Assembly: GCF_963921235.1 (NCBI RefSeq)
Contig: NC_086097.1
Location: 56,732,001 to 56,796,000, forward strand
DNA length: 64,000 nucleotides
Source: Mobula hypostoma
Taxonomy: Eukaryota
Reading direction: 5' to 3'
Shown here: positions 38,445 to 51,573 of the stretch, piece after piece
Position numbering within the stretch: the first letter of the stretch is position 1
Layout of the letters: each line of letters begins with the position of its first letter
Program-made: the position numbers and the translations under genes
Notes under the pieces: generated by a model
What the model was told of the DNA's origin: nothing
Databases searched by the model: none
The model's input: the letters and a program-made list of their open reading frames with translations, nothing else

Positions 38445-40615
38445 CAAGAGAGAGAATTTGTAGAATGTCTAAGGGATGGCTTTTTAGAACAGCTTCTTGT
38501 TGAGCCTATTAGGGGATTGGGTGTTGCGCAATGATCCGGAGGTGATAAGAGAGCTTAAGGTTAAGGAACCCTTAGGGAACAGTGATCACAATATGATTGA
38601 GTTCACTGAAATCTGAGAAGGAGAAACTAAAATCCAATGTGTTGGCACTTCAGTGGAATAAAGGAAATTACAATGGCATGAGAAGGGAACTGGCCAAAGT
38701 TGACTGGAAAGGGACACTAGCAAGGACAGCAGAGCAGCAATGGCTGGAGTTTCTGCAAAAAATGAGGGAAGTGCAAGACAGATATATTCCAAATAAGAAG
38801 AAATTTTTGAATGGAATAAGGACACTACCGTGGCTGACAAATGAAGTCAGAGCCAAAGTAAAAACAAAAGAGAGGGCATACAAGAAATCCAAAGCTAGTG
38901 GGAAGATAGAGGATTGGGAAGCTTTTTAAAAAGTTGCAGAAGGAAACTAAGAAGGTCATTAGGAAGGAAAAGATGAATTATGAAAGGAAGCTGGCGACTA
39001 ATATCAAAGAAGATACTAAAAGCTTTTGTAAGTATATAAAGAGTAAAAGAGAGTCGAGGGTAGATACAGGACCAATAGAAAATGATGCTGGAGATATCGT
39101 AATGAGAGACACAGAGATGGCAGAAGAACTGAATGCGTATTTTGCATCAGTCTTCACAGTAGAAGGCATCAGCAGTATACTGGACATTCAAGGGTGTGAA
39201 GGAAGTGAAGTATGTGCAGTGAAAATTACGACTGAGAAGTTGCTAAGGAAGCTTAATGGTCCGAGGGTAGATAAATCTCCTGGACCTGATGGAATGCACC
39301 CTCGGGTTCTGAAGGAAGTAGCTGGAGAGATTGCGGTGGCATTAACAATGGCATTGTACCGGATGACTGGAAAATTGCAAATGCTACTCCGCTATTTAAG
39401 AAGGGTGGGAGGCAGCAGAAAGGAAACTATAGACCTGTTAGCCTGACATCGGTGGTTGGGAAGTTGTTGGAATTGATTGTTAGGGATGAGATTACAGAAT
39501 ACCTGGAGGCACATGACAAGATAGGCCAAAGCCAGCATGGTTTCCTGAAAGGAAAATCCTGCCTGACAAACCTACTACAATTTTTTGAGGATATTACAAG
39601 CAGGGTAGACAAAGGAGATGTAGTAGATGTGGTGTACTTGGATTTTCAGAAGGCCTTTGACAAGGTGCTGCACATGAGGCTGCTTAGCAAGTTAAGAGCC
39701 CATGAAATTACAGGGAAGTTACTAGCATGGGTGGAGCATTGGCTGGTTGGCAGAGAGTGGGAATAAAGGGATCCTATTCTGGCTGGCTGCCGGTTACCAG
39801 TGGAGTTCCACGGGGTCGTGCACTTTGGTGGAAGAAATAAATAGGGAAAAAAATTATTTAGATGGGGAGAGAATTCAAAATGCAGAGATGCAAAGGGACT
39901 TGGAAGTCCTTGTGCAGGATACCCTAAAGGTTAACCTCCAGGTTGAGTTGGTGGTGAAGAAGGTGATGGTAATGGTGGCATTCATTTCTAGAGGTATAGA
40001 CTGCAAGAGCTGGGATGTGATGTTGAGGCTCTATAAGGTACTCGTGAGACCACACTTGGAGTATTGTTTACAGTTTTGGGCTCCTTATTTTAGAAAGGAT
40101 ATACTGACATTGGAGAGGGTTCAGTGAAGATTCACGAGAATGATTCCAGGAATGAAATGGTTACAGTATGAGGAACGTCTGGCAGCTCTTGGGCTGTATT
40201 CCTTGGAGTTCAGGAGAATGATGGGGGATCTCATAGAAACATTCCGAATGTTAAAAGGCCTGAACAGATTAGCTATGGCAAAGATATTTCCCATGGTAGG
40301 AGAGTCGAGGACAAGAGGGCATGACTTCATGATTGAAAGACGTCCCTTTAGAACAGAGATGCGGAGAAATTACATTAATCAGAGGGTGGTAAATCTGTGG
40401 AATTTGTTGCCACGAGCAGCTGTGGAGGCCAAGTCATTGAGTGTATTTAAGGCAGAGATAGATAGATTCCTGATTAGCCAGGGCATCAAAGGGTATGGGG
40501 AGAAGGCAGGGGAGTGGGGATGACTGGAAGAATTGGATCAGCCCATGATTGAATAGCGGAACAGACTTGATGGGCCGAATGGCCTACTTCTGCTCCTATA
40601 TCTTATGGTCTTATG
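38445..40615 (+). mobile_element. CR1 LINE, 5'-truncated, with internal deletion near 39818
   Basis: Successive ORF2 peptides; tail tcttatggtcttatg. Same subfamily as 17074-18961. Confidence 0.93.
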
Positions 40616-40777
40616 TTTAAAGACTACACACTACTTTTCTCTGACATATGATTTACTACCAGGAACAGAACAAAATATAGATTTTTAATCCAATTTAACT
40701 TATTGGTACTCTGTAAAATCTAGAAAACTTTAAATCTCTTTGCTGGAAAAAGGTACGTATTTGATACAATAGGAGTA

Positions 40778-42545
40778 AATAAGTTTCCCCTCATGCTCCC
40801 CTTAAACTTTTCACCTTTTACCCTTAACCCATGACCTCTGGTTGTAGTCCCACACAACCTCAGTGGAAAGAGTCTGCTTGCATTTACCATATCTATTCCC
40901 CTCATAATTTTGTATATCTCTAGCAAATCTTCTCTCAATCTTCTATGCTCCAAGGAATAAAGTCCTAACCTATTCAATCTTTCCTTATAACTCAGGTCCT
41001 CCAGACCCAGCAACATCCTCATAAATTTTCTCTGTACTCTTCCAACCTTATTTATATCTTTCCTGTAGGAAGGCGACCAAAACTGCACACAATACTCCAA
41101 ATTAGGCCTCACCAATGTCTTATATGACTTTAATTTAACATCCCATCTCCTGTACTTAATACTTTGATTTATGAAGGCTAATGTGCCAAAAGCTTTCTTT
41201 ACGACCCTATCTACCTGTGGTGCCACTTTCAACAAATTATGGACCTGTATTCCCAGAACTCTTTGTTCTACCACACTCCTCAGTGCCCTACTGTTCACCG
41301 TGTAAGACCTACCCTGGTTGGTCCTACCAAAGTGCAACACCTTGAACAATACTTTGCACTTATCTGCAATAAATTCCATCTGTCATTTTTCAGCTCTTGT
41401 TTTCATCTGGTTCAGATCCCGCTATAAGCCATGACAGTCTTCCTCGCTGTCCACTACACCCCCAGTTTGGTGTCATCCAATGTGCTGATCCAGTTAACCA
41501 CATTATCATCCAGATCGTTGATATGGATGACAAACAACAATAGACCCACCACCGATCCCTGCGGCACTCCACTAGTCACAGGGCTCCGGTCAGAGAAGCA
41601 ACCATCTACTACCACTCTCTGGCTGCTCCCACAAAGCCAATGTCTAATCCAATTTACTACCACATCTTGAATGCCCAACAACTGAACCTTTTTGACCAAT
41701 CTCCCATGCAGGACCTTGTCAAATGCCTTGCTAAAGTCCGTTTAGACAACATCCAATGCCTTCCCTTCATCAATTTTGCTAGTAACTTCCTTGAAAAACT
41801 CTGTAAGATTGGTTAGGCACAACCTACCACACACAAAGCCATTCTGACTATCCCTAATCAGTCCATGTCTGTCCAAATGCTTATATATCCTGTCCCTTAG
41901 AAAACCTTCCAATAATTTTCCCACTACTGATGTCAGACTCATCAGCCTATAATTTCCTGGTTTATTTTTAGAGCCTTTCTTAATCAGCAGAATAATATTG
42001 GCTACCCTCCAATCCTCTGGTACCTCACCTGTCACTAAAGATGACTTAAATATCTCTGCTAGTGCCCCAGCAATTTCTGCGCTTGACTCACGCAGGGAGA
42101 GAGGGAACACTTTGTCAGCCTCTGGGGATTTATCCACCCTGATTTGCCTCAAGAGAGCAAACACCTCCTGCTCTGTAATCTGTACAGGGTCCATGAAGCT
42201 GATGCCGCATTGCTTCCCATCTGTAGACTCTGTCCGTTTTCAGAGTAAATACAGATGCAAAAAATGCATTGGAGATCTCCATCTCTTTTGGCTCCACACA
42301 TAGGTTACTATTCTGATCTTTCAGAGGACCAATTTTGCAATCCTTTTGCTCTTAACATATCCGTAGAATCCCTTCGGATTCTCCTTCACCTTGTCTGCTT
42401 CATGCCTTCTTTTAGCCCTCCTGATATCTTTCTGTAAATGTTCTCTTGCATTTCTTATACTCCATAAGCACCTCATTTGTTCCCACCTGCCTACACCTGC
42501 TACGAACCTCTTTTTTTTCTTAACAGGGCCTCAATATCTCATAAA
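40778..42545 (-). mobile_element. CR1 LINE internal and 3' fragment (different subfamily)
   Basis: 219-aa and 150-aa ORF2 pieces (SGVPQGSVVG, LVRPNLEYCVQFWSP). Confidence 0.92.
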
Positions 42546-42982
42546 CTGTCCCTCGTCTGTAGGCGAGTGCTGGAAATTGAGGGGAGAGTAGGAGGGAATT
42601 TGATCAGGATGTGTGTAGCATAAAGTAAGATTAGTGTAAATAGGCAATTAATGGCTAGTACAAGCTCAGTTTCTGTGCTGTACACTTTGATGAATGACCC
42701 TGCTCCTTTTGAACACTACAACCAAATATATACCTCCACGACTATTGTAAACCTTAGTCCTCTACTGCATTAAAAAATGTTTTGAATCACATTAACAAAT
42801 CACTTTCATTTTACTGCCTAGTTCTCAACCCATATATCAATAACAAAAGTTACTTTCTATTCTGCTTTATTTAAAATTTACGCTTGAAATGCACCTTCAC
42901 AAAAGCCTTCCCGAACTATATGTTCAAAATTAATTTATGCAAGGTTTCCATCACCAGATTCATAATACATGTATAGTTGTAC

Positions 42983-44180
42983 CTTCTGAAACTGGTTTCG
43001 CAGACAGAGGAGTTGTTGGCAAAGCAGATTTGATGGCAGGAATCCCATTTGTTACTGCCAATCTTTCACTCAATCCGTTATCTATTTGTTTTGTTGTTCC
43101 GATTATAGCTGCAGGACTGGTTACTGGTATTGCTTGAGCAGTCTCTGTAGAAACTGGCGCGACCGTCTCCGTGATGGCAGCCTCCGTGATTGCTGTTGTG
43201 ACTCTAGGTGTGGTGGTCACCTGAAAAGCATTTGGAGCCTTGCTGTCTGTTACTGCGCTCTCCGTAGTCGCCATGATCTCACTCATTTCTTTGCCAGCAT
43301 TTGGACTATTTCCTTTCCAACTGAAGGAGGTACTCACTGGCTCATTAATTACTGTTGTGACTTCTTCAGTTTTTATATTTCCTACATTTGTAAATTCTGA
43401 AAAATTTAACATTTCTGAAGTCAATACTTCGACATTTTTTTGAGAGGTACTTACAGTTTGTATTGTTTGACTGGTAAGAGGCAACGCTGTGGTGTCATGA
43501 CTATTCAGCATAAAGTTCTCACTGGAGTCAGTCGTTGCTGTTGTCTCTTCACTACTTCCATTTTTAGTAATCGAACTGAACAGAGTTGAAGTTGACATTT
43601 GTCCACTGTTCTTCATTCCTCCAGATTTTTCAACATTATGGGTGGTTGTATCGTTCAGTATGACTTCTGTTGTTGTTTGAACATCACTGAAGTCAACAGC
43701 ATGATTAGGAGTGGAGTTTGTCATTAAACCTTTTTGTTTAGTCTGCAGGTTTTGGTTAATTTGTTCATCTTTTACTGTTGTTTTCAATGGTTTCTGAAAT
43801 GGCACCACTGTTGTAGTTGTAAGTAAAATATCCAGGCTGGATACAGTGATGAAGTTTTCATTTCTGGTTTTACTAGTTTGCTGTGTTGCTTCCACAGCAA
43901 CAATACTGGTATTTAATCCTGCAGTAGCAGTTTCTAAAGAGCTTAAATTATCACTAGAAGCAGTGGAGCTTAGTATTTCTCCATTCAGCACTGTGGTGCT
44001 CATCACTGTCTCACTGTTTTCATTATGGTTTTTAATGTCTTCTAGCTTTGCAGTAGAACCCTCAAACAACTGTATGCTTCTTCTGTGCTGTTTGCGAATA
44101 ACAGCGCACCGCAACTCTGGTATGCAAATTACCATGGCCAAGGTAACCACACAAGTGTAAAAATCTGTTGATCTCATCAT
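42983..44180 (-). CDS. ARMH4: ARMH4-like protein, first coding exon: signal peptide plus Ser/Thr-rich mucin-like ectodomain (exon 44234-42983, ATG at 44180)
   Basis: Part of the 460-aa ORF 42960-44342. Acceptor tttcag|GTTCC at 44234. Starts MMRSTDFYTCVVTLAMVICIPELRCA (hydrophobic leader), then a long T/S/E-rich stretch. Donor TCAGAAG|gtacaa at 42983; 1198 nt, phase 1. The gene name rests on the downstream acidic exon. Confidence 0.85.
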
Positions 44181-44397
44181 TACCAGGTGTTTTAAAGTTA
44201 AGAAATCAACCTGATGAAATCTATCCACAGGAACCTGAAACAAAAGTAAATCAGTATTATTTCTAAAATATTTGTAGAATACCAGAATATATAACAACAC
44301 AAACACGAGGAAATCTGCAGATGCTGGAATTTCAAGCAACACACATAAAAAATGCTGGTGAACGCAGCAGGCCAGGCAGCATCTGTAGGAAGAGGTA

Positions 44398-44439
44398 CAG
44401 TTGACGTTTCAGGCTGAGACCCTTCGTCAGGACTAACTG
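44398..44439 (-). ncRNA. Minimal type-I hammerhead ribozyme motif, sense to the ARMH4 pre-mRNA
   Basis: cagttagtc-CTGACGA-agggtctcagcct-GAAA-CGTC-aactg: intact core, 3-bp stem II, palindromic ACGU in place of stem III, GUC site; one stem I mismatch. Confidence 0.65.
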
Positions 44440-45192
44440 AAAGAAGAGATAGTAAGAGATTTGAAAGTGGAGGGAGAGAGGGAGATCCGAAATGATAGAA
44501 GAAGACAGGAGGGGGAGAGATGAAGCTAAGAGCTGGAAAGTTGATTGGCAAAAGGGATGTGAGAGGATCATGGGACAGGAGGCCAAGGGAGAAAGAAAGG
44601 GGGGGGGGAAACCCAGAGGATGGGCAAGGAGTATAGTGAGAGGGACAGAGGGAGAAAAATAGAGAGAAAAAAAATATATATATATATATCATAAATAAAT
44701 AACGGATGGGGTACGAAGGGGAGGTGGGGCATTAAAGGAAGTTAGAGAAGTCAATGTTCATGCCATCAGGTTGGAGGCTACCCAGATGGAATATAAGGTG
44801 TTGTTCCTCCAACCTGAGTGTGGCTTCATCTAGACAGTAGAGGAGGCCGTGTGGGTATATTCCGTCTGGGTAGCCTCCAACCTGATGGCATGAACATTGA
44901 CTTCTCTAACCACCATTAATGCCCCACCTCCCCCTCGTACTCCATCCATTATTTATTATTATTATATTTTTTCTCTCCCTCTGTCCCTCTCACTATACTC
45001 CTTGCCCATCCTCTGGGCTTCCCCCCTCCCCCTTTCTTTCTCCCTAGGCCTCCTGTCCCATGAGCCTCTCATATCCTCTTTGCCAATCAACTTTCCAGCT
45101 CTTAGCTTCATCCCTCCCCCTTCTGTCTTCTCCTATCATTTCGGATCTCCCCCTCCCCCTCCCACTTTCAATTCTCTTACTATCTCATCTTT

Positions 45193-45235
45193 CAGTTAGT
45201 CCTGACGAAAGGTCTTGGTCTGAAACGTCGACTGT
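45193..45235 (+). ncRNA. Minimal type-I hammerhead ribozyme motif
   Basis: agtc-CTGACGA-aaggtcttggtct-GAAA-CGTC-gact: intact core, perfect stem I agtc/gact, weak stem II. Confidence 0.65.
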
Positions 45236-46127
45236 ACCTCTTCCTATAGATGCTGCCTGGCCTGCTGCGTTCACCAGCAATTTTTAAGAATATATAACAA
45301 TACTTTTTTTCAGATGCAACACAGCTTTAATCTAGCTGTCACAGAGCCACACAGTGATAGGAAGATGCAGCTCCACAAGGTATGAAAAGAAGTTTTTATG
45401 TATGAAGAAAATTCAAATTTCCACTTACAACTAGAATTAAAGTTACATACTCCTGCCCATGACGAATGTAGAAATTTCATCCCAGGAAATATATATTATT
45501 CATAATTACAATTTGAAGCCAATTCTCCTGACTACAGTTCTTGTAAAAGTTGAAGAACTGAAGTTAGGTAAAGGCAGGATCCACAGAAGATCTCTGAGCG
45601 AGTGTGAAATTAAGTTCGTGTTCACAGTAGTTACAGGCCCAACCTACCAATGAGAAATATAGTGTTTGGTGAACTTGGTTCAAATCTCACCTTATTATTC
45701 TGGGGGTTCACTGATGGAGCAATACCCAGACAGGCCTACACAGTGGCCTGTTCCAGATCACCAGTGTAATGGGATCAACTGTTTCTGGAGATGATAAAAT
45801 GTACCAATATCAGCAAAAATTTATATATTCGAGGCCTCTAGGGTAGGAAGGCTAAGCCTGCACTAATATTCTAGATGTGGTCTCACCAGGATTCTTTTTT
45901 GTAATAAAATAGTATCGAATCTTACAGCAATAAAGGCTTCTCCAGTACATGCTGAATATTCATATCGACTTTTATTTCATGCAAGGCTATCACATCAAAT
46001 AGTACTCCATCTTCTGAAGTTCTCTACAGTTCTCCATTTGCCATTTGCCTGCCAATTCTTAGCCTGTCTATAAACCCTACAAAATTTCTTTGCATCCTCC
46101 CATAGCCGGCTTCCAATTATCCAAATT

Positions 46128-46396
46128 TGACAAAAGTTTAGGGGTAACATGAGGGGGAACTTCTTTACTCAGAGAGTGGTGGCTGTGTGGAACAAGTTTC
46201 CAGCAGAAGTGGTTGAGGCAGGTTCGATGTTGTCGTTTAAAGTTAAATTGGACAGCAAAATGGACAGGAAAGAAATGGAGGGTTATGGGCTGAGTGCAGG
46301 TCGGTGGGACTAGGTGAGAGTAAGAGTTCGGCATGGACTAGAAGAGCAGAGATGGCCTGATTCCATGCTGTAATTGTTATATGGTTATATGGTTAT
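46128..46396 (+). mobile_element. CR1 LINE 3' fragment with (ATATGGTT)n tail
   Basis: GNMRGNFFTQRVVAVWN region plus tail. Confidence 0.85.
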
Positions 46397-47669
46397 AAAA
46401 ACAAAGAGGATATTTCAGCAATGGCTTTAAAAGAACAAGTTGACTTGGGAATCAAATGTAATTTTACCTCCAATATTGATACTTCCTGAATTCTCATGCA
46501 GCTGGCAAAGATATCAAAGGTTATTTAGCCATTTCAAAAAAAAATGCAAAATAAGAATAAAAAGATACATTTGATTTAGTTACACTTTATTCTGTGCTCT
46601 GCTATTGTTTTACCTTGTACTACTTTGATGCTCCATTGTAATGAATGGATCTTTACGAATACTACAGTATGTAAGACAAGTCTTTCATGGTAGCTCAGTA
46701 CACATGATAATAATAAGTCAATTTACCAATTTAACCACAATACATTGGTAGGCTGATTATCAGTAGGAATCTGAAGATCTGGCACTTCATGTGATGGTGA
46801 GTACAGTCATTAGATTTACTTTTGCTGTTTTTACATTAATAATTTTGCCTTAAAACATATAATTACAGCAAAAGACATTACCTAAAAAGACAAGAAGATG
46901 GCAAATAGGTTAGTATTAAAACAACTTACGCATGGAATACTAGACTGTGATGTACAGTAATTTGCTGAGCAATTCTCATATAACTAACATACTCATGCAA
47001 CCAGCAATCTCCGTTCCTCATGGATGCCGGATGTCTGGCAGTACATTGTATCTCAATGACTTTGGCTGTTTTACCCTATATACTGGTAAGGGGTGGAATT
47101 AATAAGAGCCATAGAAAATATTTACTCTTCTTAGCTATAAGCAATAGATACAAGAAAGCATGTTGGACAAGCAATCTAACAGCATGCAGACAACGGGGGA
47201 AGCAAGGAGTGGTACAAAGCGTTGGAGTTCAGTGCCATGTTGTACGCTTATTTGTTTCGAGATGGGGGTGAAGAGGTCCACATTTCCACTGCTCTTTATG
47301 ATTCAGCCAACTACTGCATCATATCTTCAGAGCAATGCCATACACCCCAGCCATCTTCAGCAGCTTCGTCAGCACCTTTCCTTCCATCATAGGTCAAGAG
47401 TGAGATATTCACTGCTGACAGCACAATCTTCAATTTAATTTACAACTCCATAGCAATTAAACAGCAAGTTTGAGTCAATAATTTGGCATGGGCTGATAAA
47501 CAACAAGAAATATTTGTGCTACGAAGGTGGCAGGAAATGATAATCACAGAGTGTCTAACCAACTGCTATTGTTATTCATTACATCACCGAGCCTCCTGCA
47601 GTGAACATCTTGGCGATCACAGTGACAATATAGGTCACATCAATATAACATTAAAAGCAACATTCTTCA

Positions 47670-48255
47670 TTAGTAATGGGGAGATAGAGATGAGCAGGGA
47701 TTTGAAGTCAGATACACAAATTAGTGGAAGTAATTATGCAGTACAGCAAACAATTAGGAAGGCAAGGGAGATGATTGAAAGAGCATCTGAATACAAAAGG
47801 AGGGGCATTTTTCTGTGGTTATATAGGCATATGGTGAGCACTTCTAAGAGTGTTATGTTTTGGTCTGAAGTTTGCAATAGTGGATTGCAATTAACCCAAG
47901 ATGAACCCAAGGATGGAGTGTGTCATATGATAAGAAATTAATCAGATTAGGTTTATAGACACCTCAATGTAGAAAAATCGAAGGTTATGTCACTGAAATG
48001 TGACAAACTCTGATTGAGTTTGGCGAAGATTTGTCTGGATAAGTCAGTCTTTCAGCATTGAGATGTCCTTCACTCAGAGAGTAACGAATCAGAGGTCTTC
48101 TCTACCACCAGACTGTGGAGGCTCAGTTGCCAAGTATAATCAATGTAGAGTTTGGCAGGAAAATGGTATGGAGGTAAAAGATTAGCATGAACTTGATGGA
48201 TGGTGGGACCAACACAAGTGGTTGAAAGGTGCATTCCTGCTGTTGTTCCTTATGT
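47670..48255 (+). mobile_element. Old CR1 3' fragment
   Basis: Heavily decayed but colinear with the other CR1 3' ends (ttcactcagagagtaacgaatc, ctgtggaggctcagt). Confidence 0.55.
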
Positions 48256-48472
48256 AGAGAAGGATAACTTATAAATTTGATTGTTTTTACACAATTCAAA
48301 AAGGACATTAGAAGAACATTGAAAAGAAATTTGAGAACCAAAGAAGGGATCCTGAAATCAACCCTCTGACAGTGTAAGATATCAATAAGATTTACCATGT
48401 ATGTATTTATATGTTGCAAGCACCAAAGCCTTAAGGATTTTAAGTATGTAAACTTTGTGAAAGTTGGAGCTT

Positions 48473-51040
48473 AGAATCAGAATCAGCTTTAATACCACTG
48501 ACAAATGTTGTGAAATTTGTTGTTATGTGGCAGCGGTACAATGCAATACCTAATAATAAAAAACTGTGAATTACAGTAAGTGCATATAAAATAGTTAAAT
48601 TAAATAAACAGTGAACAAAGGGAAAAAAAGTAGTGAGGTAGTGTTCACGGGTTCAATGTCCATTTAGAAATCTTTTGGCAGAGGAGAAAAGGCTATTCCT
48701 GAATCGTTGAATGTGTGCCTTCAGGCTTCTGTACCTCGTTCCTGATGGTAGCAATGAGAAGAGGACACATCATGGGCGATGGGGGTCCTTAATGATGGAT
48801 GCCGTATTTTTGAGGCATTGCTTCTTGAAAGGGTCCTGGATGCTGGGGAGCCTAGTGTCCATGATGGCACTGACTAACTTCACAACTCTCTGCAGCTTAT
48901 TTCAGACCTGTGAAATACACCCCCCACCCCATATCAGATGGTGATGCAGCCAGTTAGAATGCTCTCCATGGTACATCTAAAGAAATTTGCGAGTCTTTGC
49001 TGGCATACCAAATCTCCTCAAACTCCTATTGAAATATAACTGCTGCCATGCCTTCTTTGTTACTGCATTAATATGCTGGGCCCAGAATAGACCCTCAGAG
49101 ATCTTGACATCCAGGAACTTGAAATTGCTCACTATTTCCCCTTCTGATCCCTCGATGAGGACTGGAGTGTGTTCCCTCAGCTTCCCCTTCCTGAAGTCCA
49201 CAATCGATTTGTTGGTCTTACTGACACTGTGCAAGGTTGTTACCATGACACCACTCAACCAGCTGATCTATCTCACTCCTGTACCCCTTCTCATCACCAT
49301 CTGAAGTTCTGCCAACAATAGTTGTGTTATCAGCAATTTTATAGATAGCGTTTGAGCTGTGCCTAGCCACACAGTCATGGGTGTAGAGAGAGTAGAGCAG
49401 TGGGCTAAGCACACACCCCTGAGGTGCACCAGTGTTGATTATCAGCAAGGTGGAAATATTATTTCAAATCCGCACAGACTGTGTTCTTCTGGTAAGCAAG
49501 TCAAGGATGCAGAAGGAAATCCAAAGGCCCAGATTTTGGATTTGTTTTTAATCAGAATGGTAGGAATATTGTATTAAACTCTGAGCTATAGTCAATGAAC
49601 AGCAGCCTGATGCAAGTATTAGTATTTTCCATATCGAAATCACTTCCACGGTAGACCTATTGTGACAAAAGGCAAAAGGTCCAGATCCTTGCTGAATCAG
49701 GAGTTGATTCTAACCATAACCAACCTCTCAAAGCACTTCATCACTGTAGATGTGGGTGCTACTGGACGATAATCATCAAGGCAACTCACCTTGCTATTCT
49801 TGAGGACTGATATAATTATTGTCCTTTTGAAGCAGGTAGGAACTTCTGACTTGGTAATGAGAGATTGAAAATGTCTTTGAACACACCCACAGTTGGTTGG
49901 CACAGGTTTTCAGAGCCCTACAAGGTACACCATCAGGGCCTGTCACCTTGTGAGGGTTCTGATGTTGCCCTGAGGTCAGCAGGGTCTGCAGGGAATCCGA
50001 TAGCTCTAGTTTTATTCTCCCTTTCAAAGCATGCGTAAAAGGCGTGGAACTCTTCTGGCAGTGAAGCATTATGGCCACTCATGATGTTAGGTTTCGCTTT
50101 GTAGGAGGTAATGGCAGGTAAACCCTGCCAGAGTTGATGTCTATCCGATTCCACCTCTAACCTCAGTCGGAATTGTTCTATTGCTCTTGATATAGCCCTC
50201 CGTAAGTCGTACCCGGCCTTCTTGTATAGTCCTGGACCACCAGACTCGAATGCCACAGATCTAGCCCTCAGCAGACTACAAATCTCCCGGTTCATCCACA
50301 GTTTTTGATTCCGGTATGTATGGTATGTACTCATAGGCACACAGTCATCCACACAGGTTTTAATGAAGTCAGTGACAACTGTCATTCATTCAGACTCCAA
50401 GTTGAATCCCTGAATACTGTCCAGTCCACAACTCAAAGCACTTCTCCACCTCTACTGGTGCTGCAGTCTTCAGCCTATACTCAGCAAGTGGAAGTACAGC
50501 CGGGTAATCAGACTTTCCAAAGTGTGGGCGCGGAACGGCACGGTAAGCACTCTTGATGGCAGTAAAACAGTGGTCCACTGTGTTGGCTCCTCTGGTTTCA
50601 CAAGTGTTATATTGGTGATAATTATTTCAAATCTTTTCAAGCTGGCCTGGTTAAAATCTCCCAAAATGATAGGGAAGGGATCAGGATGTGCTGTTTCATG
50701 CCTGTTGATTATGTTGCTCATTTTGTCTAAGCCTGTTTGACACGGGCCTGAGATGGAATATACACCACTACCAAGACGATGGCTGAAAGCTCCCATGGCA
50801 GACAAAATGGACGCCATCTGATCAATGGATGTTCCAGGTCGGGTAAGCAGGACAAGGACAGAACTGTCACGTTTGTACACCACAAGGAGTTGATGATAAA
50901 GCATACTCCACCTCCTCTACCTTTGAAAGACTCAGCAGCCCTATCTTGGTGTTGAGTCGTGAAGCCAGCATGTTGTGTCACTGCATCTAGAATGGCGGGG
51001 ATAACCAAGACTCCACGAAACAAAAACACAACAATCTTAC
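48473..51040 (-). mobile_element. Rex1/Babar-type LINE, near full length but decayed (APE plus RT)
   Basis: APE GGGVCFIIN..WC...VVVYIP, IILGDFNQASL, HFGKSD; RT DYRPVA.TSTVMKCFERLV, TGAPQGCVLSPLLYSLYTHDC; (CTGATT)n tail. Confidence 0.92.
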
Positions 51041-51531
51041 TCTGAGGTCTTGAAAATGTTGTTGAGGAAAGATAATTGATCACATCAATACCTAAATACA
51101 TAAGAAATAAGTCTCAAAAGAACACAAGCAAGAAAGGCTTTGTAAATGGAGGGAAACAGTAGTTGAAATAAAAACAAACAAGAAGGAGAAGGATAAGGTG
51201 GTCTGTTTTAACACTGTGTATTAACGCACGTAGCCTAAATAGTCAGAAAAGCGGTGGATAGAATGGTTCCTCTGCAATCTAGATGTAGTTGACATTCACA
51301 TTTAGGTATGGACATGAAGAATAGTCACTTGGATATACTATTAGGAAACAATGCCTTCAATGGAGGCAAAAGGAATGGGAGTAGAGAGGAAATAAAATTC
51401 TCCTTTCCCGAAGATTTACAAAAACAGCACTTTCACGAGAAGGCAATATCAACAACTAGTATCTTCCAAGTAACACACATCAAAGTTGCTGGTGAACGCA
51501 GCAGGCCAGGCAGCATCTCTAGGAAGAGGTA

Positions 51532-51573
51532 CAGTCGATGTTTCAGTCCGAGACCCTTCGTCAGGACTAACTG
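51532..51573 (-). ncRNA. Hammerhead motif, partly degenerate
   Basis: agtc-CTGACGA-agggtctcggact-GAAA-CATC-gact; GUC changed to AUC. Confidence 0.5.

Larger units (their letters stand above)
44298..45286. mobile_element. Fold-back Penelope-like element A (pLTR on minus strand plus inverted partial copy)
   Basis: Inverted arms of about 430 bp; GIY-YIG C-terminal LEEQHLIF.LGSLQPDGMNIDFSN; exact 14-bp TSD agaatatataacaa (44284-97, 45287-300). Confidence 0.92.

Noticed and set aside
44181..44342. N-terminal extension of the 460-aa ORF
   Set aside because: It runs through the 5' UTR, intron and PLE end; the acceptor at 44234 and the signal peptide point to ATG 44180.
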